Assembly: GCF_963506605.1 (NCBI RefSeq)
Contig: NC_083279.1
Coordinates: 71,052,001 to 71,116,000 of the forward strand
Reading direction: 5' to 3'
Source of the DNA: Zootoca vivipara
Lineage: Eukaryota
Length of the DNA stretch: 64,000 bases
This document shows, piece after piece, positions 1-11,600 of the stretch. The position numbers were made by a program, and so were the translations under genes. The first letter of the stretch is position 1; each line of letters starts with the position of its first letter. The notes under the pieces were generated by a model. That model had not been told where the DNA came from. It saw only the letters and a program-made list of their open reading frames with translations, and searched no databases.

Positions 1-1927
1 TGTGAAAACAGTCAAGATCCAAGGATCCCTAGGCACACACCTCCAGATGGTGGAGACGTCAGGCACCTGGCACCTGGGCATCTTCATTTAGTGGTCACAA
101 GTGGCCAATAGCCAGGAGGAAAATGCACCAGCAAATTTCAAATGCTGGCAGCAGGACACTTGAGTAAGGGGCCCTGTACACAACCACAACTGGCCACACA
201 CTTTTGAAAGCCAGTGAAAAATAAAATGAGGAGGCCTCAGTAGGTGCTAGAGCAGTTTACCGAAATGAGCCCAGACATTTGTTGAAGCCTTCTCATCTAG
301 GTTTTTCCCTACAGAAATTTGCAACCAGAAGTTAGAAATAAAAATGTGTGTCCATTTATGAACATATGGGTCTTTGAAAGGAAATATTCACAAAGCGCAC
401 ACTGTACCTTTCAACACCACTCCTCCAATGCTTAATTTTTCACTATCGTTTCAGAATGTAATTACAAATCCGACTTCTATCCCACCATTCCCTGAATGCA
501 CAGAGGACAACGTACATAGGAGTGTACATGAATGAGAGATCTGAACTCAAGTGGCCGAGGTCCAAGCCAGGCACTCTACGCTACGTTGCTCTTCTGCATT
601 TCGCACTTTCCCCGAGCACTTCTAAAACACGTGGACTCGCCTAAAACTGCAGTGAAGGTGAAAGGTGACCTTCAGCCAGCTGATACCGGTGTGTGTTAGC
701 ACCAAATAGCTGGAAAGGCGGTTCCAAAGAGCACACGTTTAGCATTTACCTTGAACGCTCTGAGAGTATCATGGCCTATTAAAAATTTATTACCTTGCTA
801 CACAGAAGGCCAAGAGCTCAGCCAATCCCTTTCTCCTTCGCGACTGGGAACATTTTGAGCCAGCATGCATTGTGTACTATAGTTTAACCAAATAGTCTCC
901 TGCCAAGGCTGTCATTAAAGTTAAAACGCTTCTTTCACCTCGTGTTGTGTCAAATATTAACCCTTGGGCAATTCAGCCGAATACAGATTTCAGCCAGAGC
1001 AGACAATGTCTGATGGCATACTCATAAATCCTCTATCATAAAGACAGATACCAAGTTAATATTGAACAGGTATGTGTGTGTGTTTTTAAAAAGCTTATCT
1101 AATATCTTTAGTAGTGAGTAACGTAATAAATGATGAAAATGGAAAGTTCGCGGGGGGGGGGGGGCAAGAGGATTCCGAATGACAGGCACAGTATAAATTC
1201 CTGGAAATAAGTGCAAAAGTACAAAATAACAATAAAATCTTATTTATTCAGATCAACTCATAAAATTGGCTCATTAATTCCCCATTTAAAGGTTACACTA
1301 TAAATTTACTTTGTTGCCAAAACATGAAGGGCCATTCTGCATGATTTCTACCACAAGCCCTCTCTCAGTTCAAAAGAACAATGACATTTGTTGTCAGTTG
1401 CCTTATAAGCGATCAGGAACAAATGATTCATTACCATTTCAGATATTCAATGTAACCAGCTGCAGCACACAGAACCAGATGTTTTAACATTTCTGCTATA
1501 ATGTGGTTGCCTGAACAGGGGCTGCATATGGCAGAGATGCATAAACAGACCAGGGCATAAGACTTAGTCACACTTGCAGAGCAGAATATTGGATTAGCAG
1601 AAAATCTCATGGATTTCAAATAGATATGCCTTTCCTGTTATCAGCTATCTGATCCTTTCATGTCAAGGACTAAATCTGGGGCCTTCTGTCACTGAGAATG
1701 ACCTGCCGTCCTGCTACTGGGTTTCCACTCGAATCAATAACCATTATAGCAAGCACAGGGGAAATTAGACCACCAGGAAGTAGGTACTTTACCTTTCTGA
1801 CCTAAACTGGATTTCCAGTCATTTGCTCCCTTTCGTTCCATTGGGATTATCTTTCCCCTTAGTAAAATGGTGCTATTTATTATTCTGAATGGATTAACAG
1901 AGGATTGTCTCGTTTAAATTGTAAATA

Positions 1928-2212
1928 CAGTGATGCCTCGCAAGATGAATTTAATTCGTTCCGCGAGTCAATTCGTTTTGCGAAAAATTCATCTTGCAAA
2001 TCGCTGTTTCCCATAGGAATGCATTGAAAATTCCTTTTTTGCCCATAGGAACGCATTCATTAAATTTCAATGCATTCCTATGGGAAACCGCGATTCGCAA
2101 GACAATTTTTTCGCAAGACGAATTTGTCTTGCAAGTCACCATCAGATCGCAAGACACATTCGTCTTGCAAAAAATTCAACTTGCAGGGCATTAGTCTTGC
2201 GAGGTACCACTG
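1928..2212. mobile_element. Tc1/mariner (Tigger/pogo-like) MITE
   Basis: TA on both sides; TIRs cagtgatgcctcgcaaga / tcttgcgaggtaccactg; internally palindromic. Confidence 0.85.
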
Positions 2213-2562
2213 TATTTATGAAACAGAACAATTCTGGTCATGTGGCACTACTGTTGCCCATGGAACTGTTTGCACAACAGAACTGTTGCTCATGGAATCT
2301 TTTTCCATAAGTACATCAGTTAGAGTACAATTAAAAGTAATTCCAGCTATCACAGTATGTTTTCCAATGCTCTGAGGATAGGGAATATTTACAAATGGGT
2401 CCAACTAATATGGTTTACATGAACAAACTATAATGGGCAGCAGGCAAACACTCACCCTTTAAAAGAAATGACAGGTTCAGGTTTGTCAGCTAAAGGGCTC
2501 CACCTAGTGCTCCACAGAAGTCAGATTATATCAAGTCTCAACTAGGAGAAATTGTATTATTT

Positions 2563-2695
2563 ATCTGAAGAAGTGTGCATGCACACAAAAGCTCATACCA
2601 ATGACAAACTTAGTTGGTCTCTAAGGTGCTGCTGGAAGGTTTTTTTAAAATATTTTGTTTCGACTACATCAGACCAACACGGCTACCTACCTGAA
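2563..2695 (+). mobile_element. Penelope-like element terminal fragment with degenerate hammerhead motif
   Basis: Near-identical to 44859-44985 (ctgaagaagtgtgcatgcacac..aaagctcataccaatgacaaacttagttggtctctaagg...gaccaacacggctacc). Confidence 0.7.
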
Positions 2696-4987
2696 ACTAT
2701 TATTTATTAATTATTGTTAAACTATGGGTAGTGTGTGGACTGGAACAAATATATGAAAGAAACATAGTACACTTTAGCAAATGACAAAAAATAAATTCCA
2801 GGCAAATAACCAATCAAATGTATACTCAAGCAAATTCACACCATTATTTAAACATTTGAGGCGCCCTAGCCTCTTACTCTTGCAGAAATGCACGAGAGGC
2901 ATGTGAGGCCCTGGCTTATTAAAAAAATGACCAGTGCAGTGCACTGGGCGCATCAGCAGCATGCCCAGTTCAAGGTTGATATGGGCATGAGATTTTGTGA
3001 CTAACTACAAGTTAGCAGAAATTTCTCCACTGTCTATAAATGCGAACACTTGGATTGTAGCCACTGTTACTCCTACTCAGAATACAGACTCATCAAAAAT
3101 ACTGTTAATGATTCGCTTAGGTCCATTCATTTCAATTGTTTACTCCAACAATAAATAAGCTAGATACAGCCTTTTATTTCTACCCATACTTCTTTAAAGT
3201 CAAACATAATTCTGCTCTTGCTGAACTGTTCTGGAGGCTGCTTACATCATGAAAATCCTACCTGAGATTTTGAGAAAATTAAGCAATCTCATCAGTTACA
3301 CTTAAAGTCATCTTTTAGGAAGAGGGCCAGCTGAGTGGGAAGAGAGCTTGAAGAACAATTACTGCCCACTTCCACATAAATTCATTTTATGCATGATGCA
3401 AGTTTAAATCGCACACTCGCTAGCACAGAAGCTAAGCTAAAAATAAAAGCAGACAAAGCTAAGACTAAAGAAAGAAGCTAGCTTTCATCTTGCCAGATGA
3501 CGATCCTCTAAAACTGATATTTTTTATTATACAATACAGTATAATCCTACTTTGGAAATTCACCAAATGTATGAAGTATTTTTTAGAAATTATTTTCATC
3601 ACATCTAATCACAGTTGTTTTCAATTAGATGAAAATATGATGCCTAATTTTAGAACAATAAACAAATAAGTAAATACGGTACTGTATTGTAAATCACTCA
3701 TTATTCTTTCAACAGACTCACAAGAGTTGCAATATATACCCCAATACAATATTGATAAATTTAATAGGTTCAGGATACACTGTATATATAATATTTAAAG
3801 TAACAGTTTGGTATATAACTGGGGTGGATCTGGTCAGCAGACTGGATCCGAATCTCCCACATCCACCCCATGGGCCAAGTTTGACAGGTAGACAGTCATT
3901 ATCTAATGGCACATGTCTCATTTTCGCCTGCACAGATGATCCAATTTTCATCAGGGATTGTACAGCACAAACAAACAAAGCTTTCCCTCTAGCCAGCACA
4001 GAACCTTCAATAGAAGGGAAATGTTTGGGGACCCAGTCTCTGTTGAATTAAATTTATTCAAAGAAGAGGGAACTAAGAGAGAGACAATAATAGGTTCCAG
4101 GTTTCCTCCAATCTACAGTATGTCTCACATTGATGGGGCCCTGGTCCTGTCTGAAAGGTACAGAAAGTCTGCATCCCTACTATTATGTATCAGATTGTCA
4201 TGCTGAGTACATCACTGTTCTATGTTTCACCTTTTTTACAGAAAGGGTTATCTCCTTCATCATTCATGGACCAACTCTGACATCTGGGCACCATCACCCA
4301 CCTGTCTATCATCTGACATCATTATGATGTAGGAGACAACTTCAAAGGTGAGCAACATGATGTTGTTTCTAGGACCAAGGTAAAACTCAAACTCCCTTGT
4401 TTTGCTTTTGCCAGCAAGATTAATGTTGTTAATGTAATCTTATTATACTTATTGCACTGAAATGGGTTTTTTATGTTGTTACACTTGCTATTATGTTGTT
4501 GTTTTATTATGCTACTATGGCATTGTTCTTGTGATTGTTGATTTCAAGAAATGTTACTGTTTCCTTTGTTTTTGTGTGGAAGAAGCAGCATATAAATAAA
4601 ATTATGACCGAATGAAAGGGAATCACTGTATCCACTGACCAGCAGTCACATCAAACCCCTTTGAAGTCCATAGGCTGGCATAGTTTAGATCTAATCATCT
4701 GTTGCTGGGGCTTCAAATGTTCTCTCTTGAAGTTTGTCCTCTTCAGTGTTGAAGCACACATGTCCCTTAAGTCTTTTTCCCTTTGTCTTTGTTTGTTTTA
4801 TTACATTTGTAATATTATAGCATCCTTGTATCTTTATATGCGGTACAAAAACAGGCAAAGATGAAGAACTTGTGGCCGTTCAGGCATTGCTGGGCTACAC
4901 AATTCCCATAACCCCTGACCATGCAGGCTGGAGCTAATAGAGTTGGGAGTCCAAGACCACATGGATGACCACAGGATCCTTCCCCAC

Positions 4988-5195
4988 TGGTGGTACAGTG
5001 GTTAAAATGTCAGGCTAGGAACAAGAAGAGCCAAGTTCGGAACACCACTCAGCCATGGGCTCCCCTGGGTGGCCCTGAGCCTGTCACTGATCCCCAGCCT
5101 AGCCTACCTCGTAGGGTTGCTGTAAGGATAAAATTAGGGAGAAGAGTAACAGAGACCACTGCCTTGAGCTCCTCAGAAGGCAGGATGTAAATAAA
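4988..5195 (+). mobile_element. Old MIR-like/CORE tRNA-SINE
   Basis: tggtacagtggttaa A-box, gttc B-box, ctcagcc-tacctc-agggttgctgtaaggataaa core; resembles 44309-44556 and 44625-44755. Confidence 0.55.
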
Positions 5196-5339
5196 TGTAA
5201 TCAATGACGTCACAAAACACAACATTCCCCCCCCCCAAAAAAAATCACCTCCACTGGGGAGCTATTAAGCGCCATTTCTTCGCTAATATACCATCCTTCA
5301 ATAGGAGTCACTGCAGAAGCATTATATATATATACACAC

Positions 5340-6560
5340 GGCGACTAGCTAATGCATCATTCCAACCCCCCCACCCCGGAACTCACCATGGTACAGTCCT
5401 CGCCTGCCCTTCACGCTCCTCTGCCTCAGCCCAAGCACCACTAGCTCCCTCAAACAACAAAACGGTCCAACTCTGCCCGCCCGCCTACCAAAACCGCTTC
5501 TTAGCAACCGAAGCCACTCCTCCTTCCTGGAGCGCGCTTAGGACGCGGTGGCGGAAAATAAACTTCCGTTGAAAGAGGAAAACCGCCATTGGCGGTGACT
5601 CACGATTGGCTGAGAGTAAGCGCCGCTCTAGGCCTTGACGGTAGATAAAGCCGGGTTCCCTATTGAAAGGAAGCATGCGAAGCGCAACATAAGCGGACGT
5701 CATCGCTGTGAAGTTGGACGGAAGCGTAGAGATAAGAAATTTCAGAGTCAACAACTGCGCACTTCTCTCGCGGTCATGCCTCATAAATTCTTTTTGAAGC
5801 TCCCTCTCCCACTTCACCTTCCCATACCAAGTGACAGTTGCCCATGGGGGAAGGGGGGGTAGAGAAATGTGGAATAGGGTCATCTAATTCAACCTTCTGC
5901 AATGCAGGCATCTCAACATGCGGTGCCACATCCAATTTGAAACCATACCGGACCCTGCTTAGCTGTGCAAATGGACTTGGAGTTTTATTGTTGCCTTTCT
6001 GCCAAGGAAATAAGTCTTTTATTTATTTTATCTTTATTTTATTTTATTTTATTTTATTATGGATTGGCAGGGGAGAGTGATGTCACTCAAATCAATGGTA
6101 CACTAAAACCCGGGGCTTCCCAACTGGTTTTGTTAGGGCGGCTCAGCTCTCGCGACGTGGGAAGGCCGAGAAATTCGAAAGCAATCCGGAAGTTAACTGT
6201 ACGCCAGTCTAATAGATATGCCTCTATACGCGGAAGTCAAAAGAGCGGAAGTTGATTAGAGAAGGCGGACGAGTGAGAGAGATGGCGAGCGAGTGAGAGG
6301 GTCGAAAAGGGAAACTACTCGCAAGTAATCCGGGCCGCTGGTAAATCGGGGGGGGGGGGTGTTGTGCGGAGGCGGCTTGGGCGGCGGCGGCGGGTGGGAG
6401 GAAACTACGCCTTTTCACGCGTTGTTGAATATTCCCTCGTAGCGAAGCAACCTGCTGCTGCATTTCCCAAACTGCCGTTCCTGGGACGTAGATCCTATCG
6501 AAAGTGTACTGCGGGGTAGCCAGAATCGTTTTTTTCTCCTTCGGGCGTAGTACTGTGCCA
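5340..6560. promoter_or_regulatory. Bidirectional CpG-island promoter NME7/BLZF1 (two CpG-rich modules ~5340-5780 and ~6100-6560)
   Basis: High CpG density; ETS/GABPA CGGAAG(T) sites (~6186, 6231, 6246, 5719); YY1-like ATGGCG (6282 +, 5584 -); CCAAT (gattgg 5604); TCTCGCG motifs (5766, 6148); X-box-like GCTTCTTAGCAAC 5496-5508; candidate BLZF1 exon-1 donors at 6325 and 6341. Confidence 0.8.
5387..5389 (-). CDS. NME7: NME7 (nucleoside diphosphate kinase 7) exon 1 coding part: initiator ATG only; remaining exons lie left of the window
   Basis: Minus strand reads gtaccATG|GTGAGT (donor 5386-5381) at the edge of a CpG island, head-to-head with BLZF1. Human NME7 has this arrangement with exon 1 ending at the ATG. 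No NME7 exon 2 recognised in 1-5380, so identity rests on synteny. Confidence 0.7.
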
Positions 6561-8660
6561 CTGTGTATATTACATAGCAGGTGTTGGCAGAAGGTGGATC
6601 GGGATCTACCGGGAGGCTTCTGGTTGGGCTTGTTTTTGTTTGTTGTTTCATAAAATTTATACAGCTATTGACTGTAAACGGGGGGGGGGCGGAGGTCAAA
6701 GCGGTTTGCCAAAGGTGAAATCAAGGAAAATCAGGGGGGGGGAATACAGCCCTACTTTAAAAACATGCAAAAGCTAAAATACTCAAACCGATTAAAATTA
6801 TCTCAGCTTTCCAAGCATCTGGGTAGGCTTTTAGCAGGCGTGGAAAAGATGGGTGAGGATTTCTGACTCCTAGATGTTTTAACAATGACAACCAAATGCC
6901 AAATTATGCTGCTGAAGTGGGGACTGGGATAGACTTGGGAGCAGAGATCAGTGTGTGAGGACTGTGAGCTCATTTCACTTCTAGTGCTCAAAACAAATTC
7001 ACAGGGTCAGAATTTTTAATTTCGAAACGCCTGTCGTTTTCACCTGGCTCAAGCTGGTGGAGGGTTTTTAGTAAAAGTGGATCCTGCAGGACTGACATCA
7101 GTCCTACCTAGTGAATTCAAATGGGACTAATTCACATGCATAGGAGTGTAGGCTTCCAGTGAGATGGGGCTGAAGGGATTTAAGATACAAAGTGAAAATC
7201 TGACACACTTGCAGAATTTGTGGTAGGCACACAGCCTGTGGAAGAAGCATCATCCTATTGCCTCTTTGCAGGTTAAGAATTTTTTATCTAGTATAGGACA
7301 CTACAGCTTAGTTTCTGAGTTTCCAGTGCAAAATTCCTGCCTCTTTGGGTTTGTCAGTTATTAAAAATGCCAAAACTGTAAGACTCTAGACAACAGCTTC
7401 AAGAGCTAGTTTCTGATGGCTGAAAAGAACTGTCATCATGAGGCAGGATGGTGAAGAGAAGTAACTTGGCTAGCCTGATTCTGAACATGTTTGTTCAAAT
7501 TAAACCCCCTCAGTTCAGTGGGAGTTGCTGCCTAAGTATGATTAGGGTTGCAGCCTTAGTCAACTTCCTGTTTCAAAATAATAGTCTCACTGTGTCTTAA
7601 GTTTTTGTGTCTCACCAATCTATGGTGTTGGGCCAATCTGGAGCTGGTGCAGTGTTTGAAAGTAACCTCTTCATCTCTCTTGTACGTTTTGCCCAACTGT
7701 ATGGGTAGTTTACCTTTTGCAACTATGCAAGCCCTGGCTGAAACTCTGGAGATCCACAGCCAGTCATGGACAATATTGAGCTGCATGCTGGGCACCGAGG
7801 TGGCGTAGATCCTATTCCTTCCCAGCTCCTAAACTTTTAAAAAAGAAACTTTGCTTACAGGGTGGTTCTCCTTCTGAAGTTGACCTAAATATGCATCTAT
7901 ATGTATAAATTAACATATTAACTTGTATGCATCCTATATCCTTTAAAATGCGTTTTTCTTGTTTTTATTATGTGTTTTGTGTTTTGTTCTTTTTTATGCT
8001 GTGAACCACCCTGAGATCTATGGATGAAACACAATATATTTTAAAAAAAATAAAATTGTGTCATGAGCCTGGTCCCGAAGCCTTTGAAGAACCTAGCACC
8101 ACCGCTGGCTATAAGGACCAATAATCTAATTTGGTACAGGGCAGTGGTTTCTAAGCTTCCCACACACTGGCCTCTTGAAAATTGTTGAATGTCTTGGTAG
8201 TCCAGTTAATTGCTTTTCCGCTCCTTACAGCAGCTGCAATGCACTGTGCTAGATAATTGCATTATTGTTGCTTTTTCATGTTTCTAATGCCCCCCCGGTC
8301 ATCACTTCTGGTCTGTACCACTCACCAAGCAAACTGTCAGGTTCTTACTGGTAGAATAACAGAGCAGCCACTGTGCCCACCATTCACAGCCACAGAAATT
8401 GTGGCCAAGCAATTTGTAAGGATCCTGAATTAACACAGCTAGGATGTATATTTGCACCCTCATGAGTTACGTTTGTGGGAAGTTTCTAAACAGTGCTTGC
8501 CTTTTTGGATTGGAGCAATGTGACTTGATAAAGGATGCACTACTGGTTTGGCATATTTCTCAGAAGAATTAGCAGCTAAAATATGCAACTGAGATTTTAT
8601 GCATTTTTCTTTTTCCTCCACATAGTGTTTATCTGCTGTGTGTGAAGCTCCATCAACAAG

Positions 8661-8688
8661 ATGACAACACTACAGAATACAGTAAACA
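8661..8688 (+). CDS. BLZF1: BLZF1 first coding exon (exon 8626-8688), MTTLQNTVN
   Basis: Pyrimidine tract + catag acceptor at 8625, ATG 8661, phase-1 donor gtaagt 8689. Confidence 0.88.
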
Positions 8689-11600
8689 GTAAGTGTTCAT
8701 CCTTTTTAAAAACAAATGTTGTGTGAAACTATGCATTCTTCACTTATTTGTAAAGGAAAGACTTTGGTAAAACTATCTGTTTAGACCAGGAAGTAGGTTT
8801 CCGAGGGAGGCTAAATGTATGGTAATTGCAAGGTCTAATCATTTAGGGTTTTTACTTAATATTTTTAATTGCCAAGTACAGTATATCAAATATACTAAAC
8901 CTCTTTCTTTACAGATATTCAGACATTAAATCAATCAAAATAAATCTGCTATATCATATCACGCTATCTGAGTGATAATCTGCTTCGAACTATAATTTTT
9001 GGGGGTGGTACTAAGTGTGTAAATATGGCCACTGTTAAAATCAACTAGCAAACAATTTCTTAAATTGATCTTATGTCTAGTTCTGCGGTTTTCTTTTTAA
9101 AAATTTGGCTAACAGTGTAGCATGCAATGTGGGGGGAATGTAGTGAAGAAACAGAAGCTTTTGGACGCAACCCAATGACAAGTACTTATCTCACCGGAAT
9201 ACCTTTTTTTGCATTAACTTTTCTGCTTTCTTTCTCCAAGCTTCGGCTGAATATGCCACCTCACCCATCCGTGGACCTGGTGATGGCATGGAAATGGAGC
9301 AACCGCCCAAATCTGTTGAAGTAATCCCATCCTCGGCCACTCATACCCATCGAAGCCCACACAAGAAAGCTCTTCCTTCACCAAGTCCTGGAGTTCTTCA
9401 ACTAGGGAAGATAAAAGGTGATACGGCCGTGGAGATCGAAGCTGTGCGAATCCTGGTTCCCAAAGCTGCTATAAACCATGTCGTTCCTACCAAAAATGCA
9501 AAGACGTCCAGGTCTTCAGGACACCAAAGGGAAACCCTCACTCTGTTAGATGGAATTTCGGGTTCTAAAAAGGAGCTTAGAAGTGAAATAGCAAAGCTCA
9601 AGAACTCCGAAAGAAGATTGCTACAGGATAAGGAAGGCCTTTCCAATCAGCTCCATGTGCAGACAGAGGTGAGGGACCAAGAAGTGGATTTAATCCATTA
9701 TACTTTTATTCCTTTTAAAAGATGGCCTGGAAACTGCAATATAACAATTATTCATATTGCATTCTGGGTGGTTCACTCACTACAAGAAACGAAGTTACAG
9801 GGAACCAGGCAGAGGGCATTCTCGGTAGTGGTGCCTGCCCTATGGGACGCCCTCCCATCAGATGTCAAAGAAATTAACAACTATCTGATGTTTAGAAGAC
9901 ATCTGAAGGCTGCCCTCTTTAAGGAAGTTTTTAATGACTGATGTTTTAATGTATTTTTAATTTAGAGGTAACACTGTACATGTATATATTTATCTTCTAG
10001 CAAATTGCACCTTAGTATTTGTTATTTTAAGCAGCTACAGTTGCATCAAATATCTTAGTATACAGTATTAGCGTGCTTATGGTTTGGGTATCCAGGCATT
10101 TTGTTTAAGAATACATATCTGTCTCTTAGAGATGTGTCCTATATATATTTACTATGAAAGTCTGCTAACCTTGGAAGGGGAGTCTTCTTGCATCTTGCAC
10201 TTGATAGCTTCAATATTAACCAGGGGTAGCTTGATTATATTCTATGTTGACACATGATGAATGGTTAAATAATTGTCTTGTCTTAGGTCAATCGGGAGTT
10301 GAAGAAGTTACTTGTTGCTTCTGTGGGGGATGACCTGCAGTATCACTTTGAACGCATGGCACGTGAAAAAAATCAACTGATCCTTGAAAATGAGGCCCTA
10401 GGGCGAAATGTGTCTCAATTATCAGAGCAATTAGAGCGGATGTCTATACAGTGTGATGTTTGGAGGAGCAAATTCCTAGCAAGCAGGTATTGTGCCTCAA
10501 TGCAACTTTATAAAGGCTGTCTTGATACATTAGCTGCAGGGAACCTTTGGCCCTCCAGATGTTGCTGAACTACAACTGGTAATCTGCACCTTGAGTGAAA
10601 GTTCTTGAGTTGAACATAAATCCATTCTAAGCCCCTAGAGGACATGCAAGGATCCCATGTGGGATACAGGAAAGCTATTTGTGGGGGATTGATGGCTGTT
10701 TCAGATTAAGATAGACCCTTGGGTGCTAAGAACCAAAAGACAGTTGAGAGTAAGGAAAGCCTTGTCAAACTCCTCGTGTCTTATTCACAACAACCTAGAC
10801 CCGAGCAGTGGCATAGCAGTGCAGTTGGAGATGCCACTGATGAGGTGGAAGCTGGCTGGAAGTGCTGGGCTTTCTGAGGACTGCTGCTCCTGTACTGCAT
10901 ATAACTTTGAATAGTATAACTGGGGACCTCAAAGAGTTAGTCCATCTTGCTGACCCCAAGCTGCTTCCCTCTTAGGCTTGCTTATGAGATTGAATAGAGA
11001 GTACAATCTGTTTCTATGCAGCAGATCCACAATTCCTCTTTCCTTGCAGGCCAAGTTTCAGCCTTCCACTCCCAGATGTGTTTTGCTTTACACTTCTAAA
11101 TACCATAAAAAGATAGACAAGCCTAACAGGGGTTTTCAGTTAGCTCTTGATCAGTAGCATCACCACAGCCCCAAAGATAAAAAGCAGTTTAGAAGTTTGG
11201 TTCCTGAAGACGTAGCCGGCCAGAATTACCCCTCCTCCTTGCTGCTGCTTTGCACCTTGCTGGAGAAGTCCATGCACAGCAGGAAAGTAAATAAGGTGCA
11301 TTGGATAAGGTGTTCAGGTGTCAGTGCAGCAAATTTACGTTCTCAGGGTGACTGACCCAAAGTTGCCTCTTTCAGTCTAATTCATATCCTAGCCTGATCG
11401 CTGAAACACTCCAGAGGGGAGTGGTTGGTGGTTTCTCCTGTTACCATTTCCATCCTATGGAAGACGTTTCCAGCAGAGATTTGACAGGCATCCTCGCTTT
11501 TGACTTTTTAGGCCAGCAGGCATATGTGACTGTTCAAAATTTTCTGTATTACTTTTAAAAATTGTTTTATGTTGTTGTACAGTGCCCTGATGGTTTGTGA

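Noticed and set aside
1431-1520. GAAATG|gtaa resembling the end of NME7 exon 2
   Set aside because: In-frame stop just upstream and no WYDP-like NME7 sequence.
1785-1845. Possible alternative NME7 first exon MERKGANDWKSSLGQK|gtaaag
   Set aside because: Phase 1 donor is incompatible with the phase 0 junction after the ATG exon; no promoter features.
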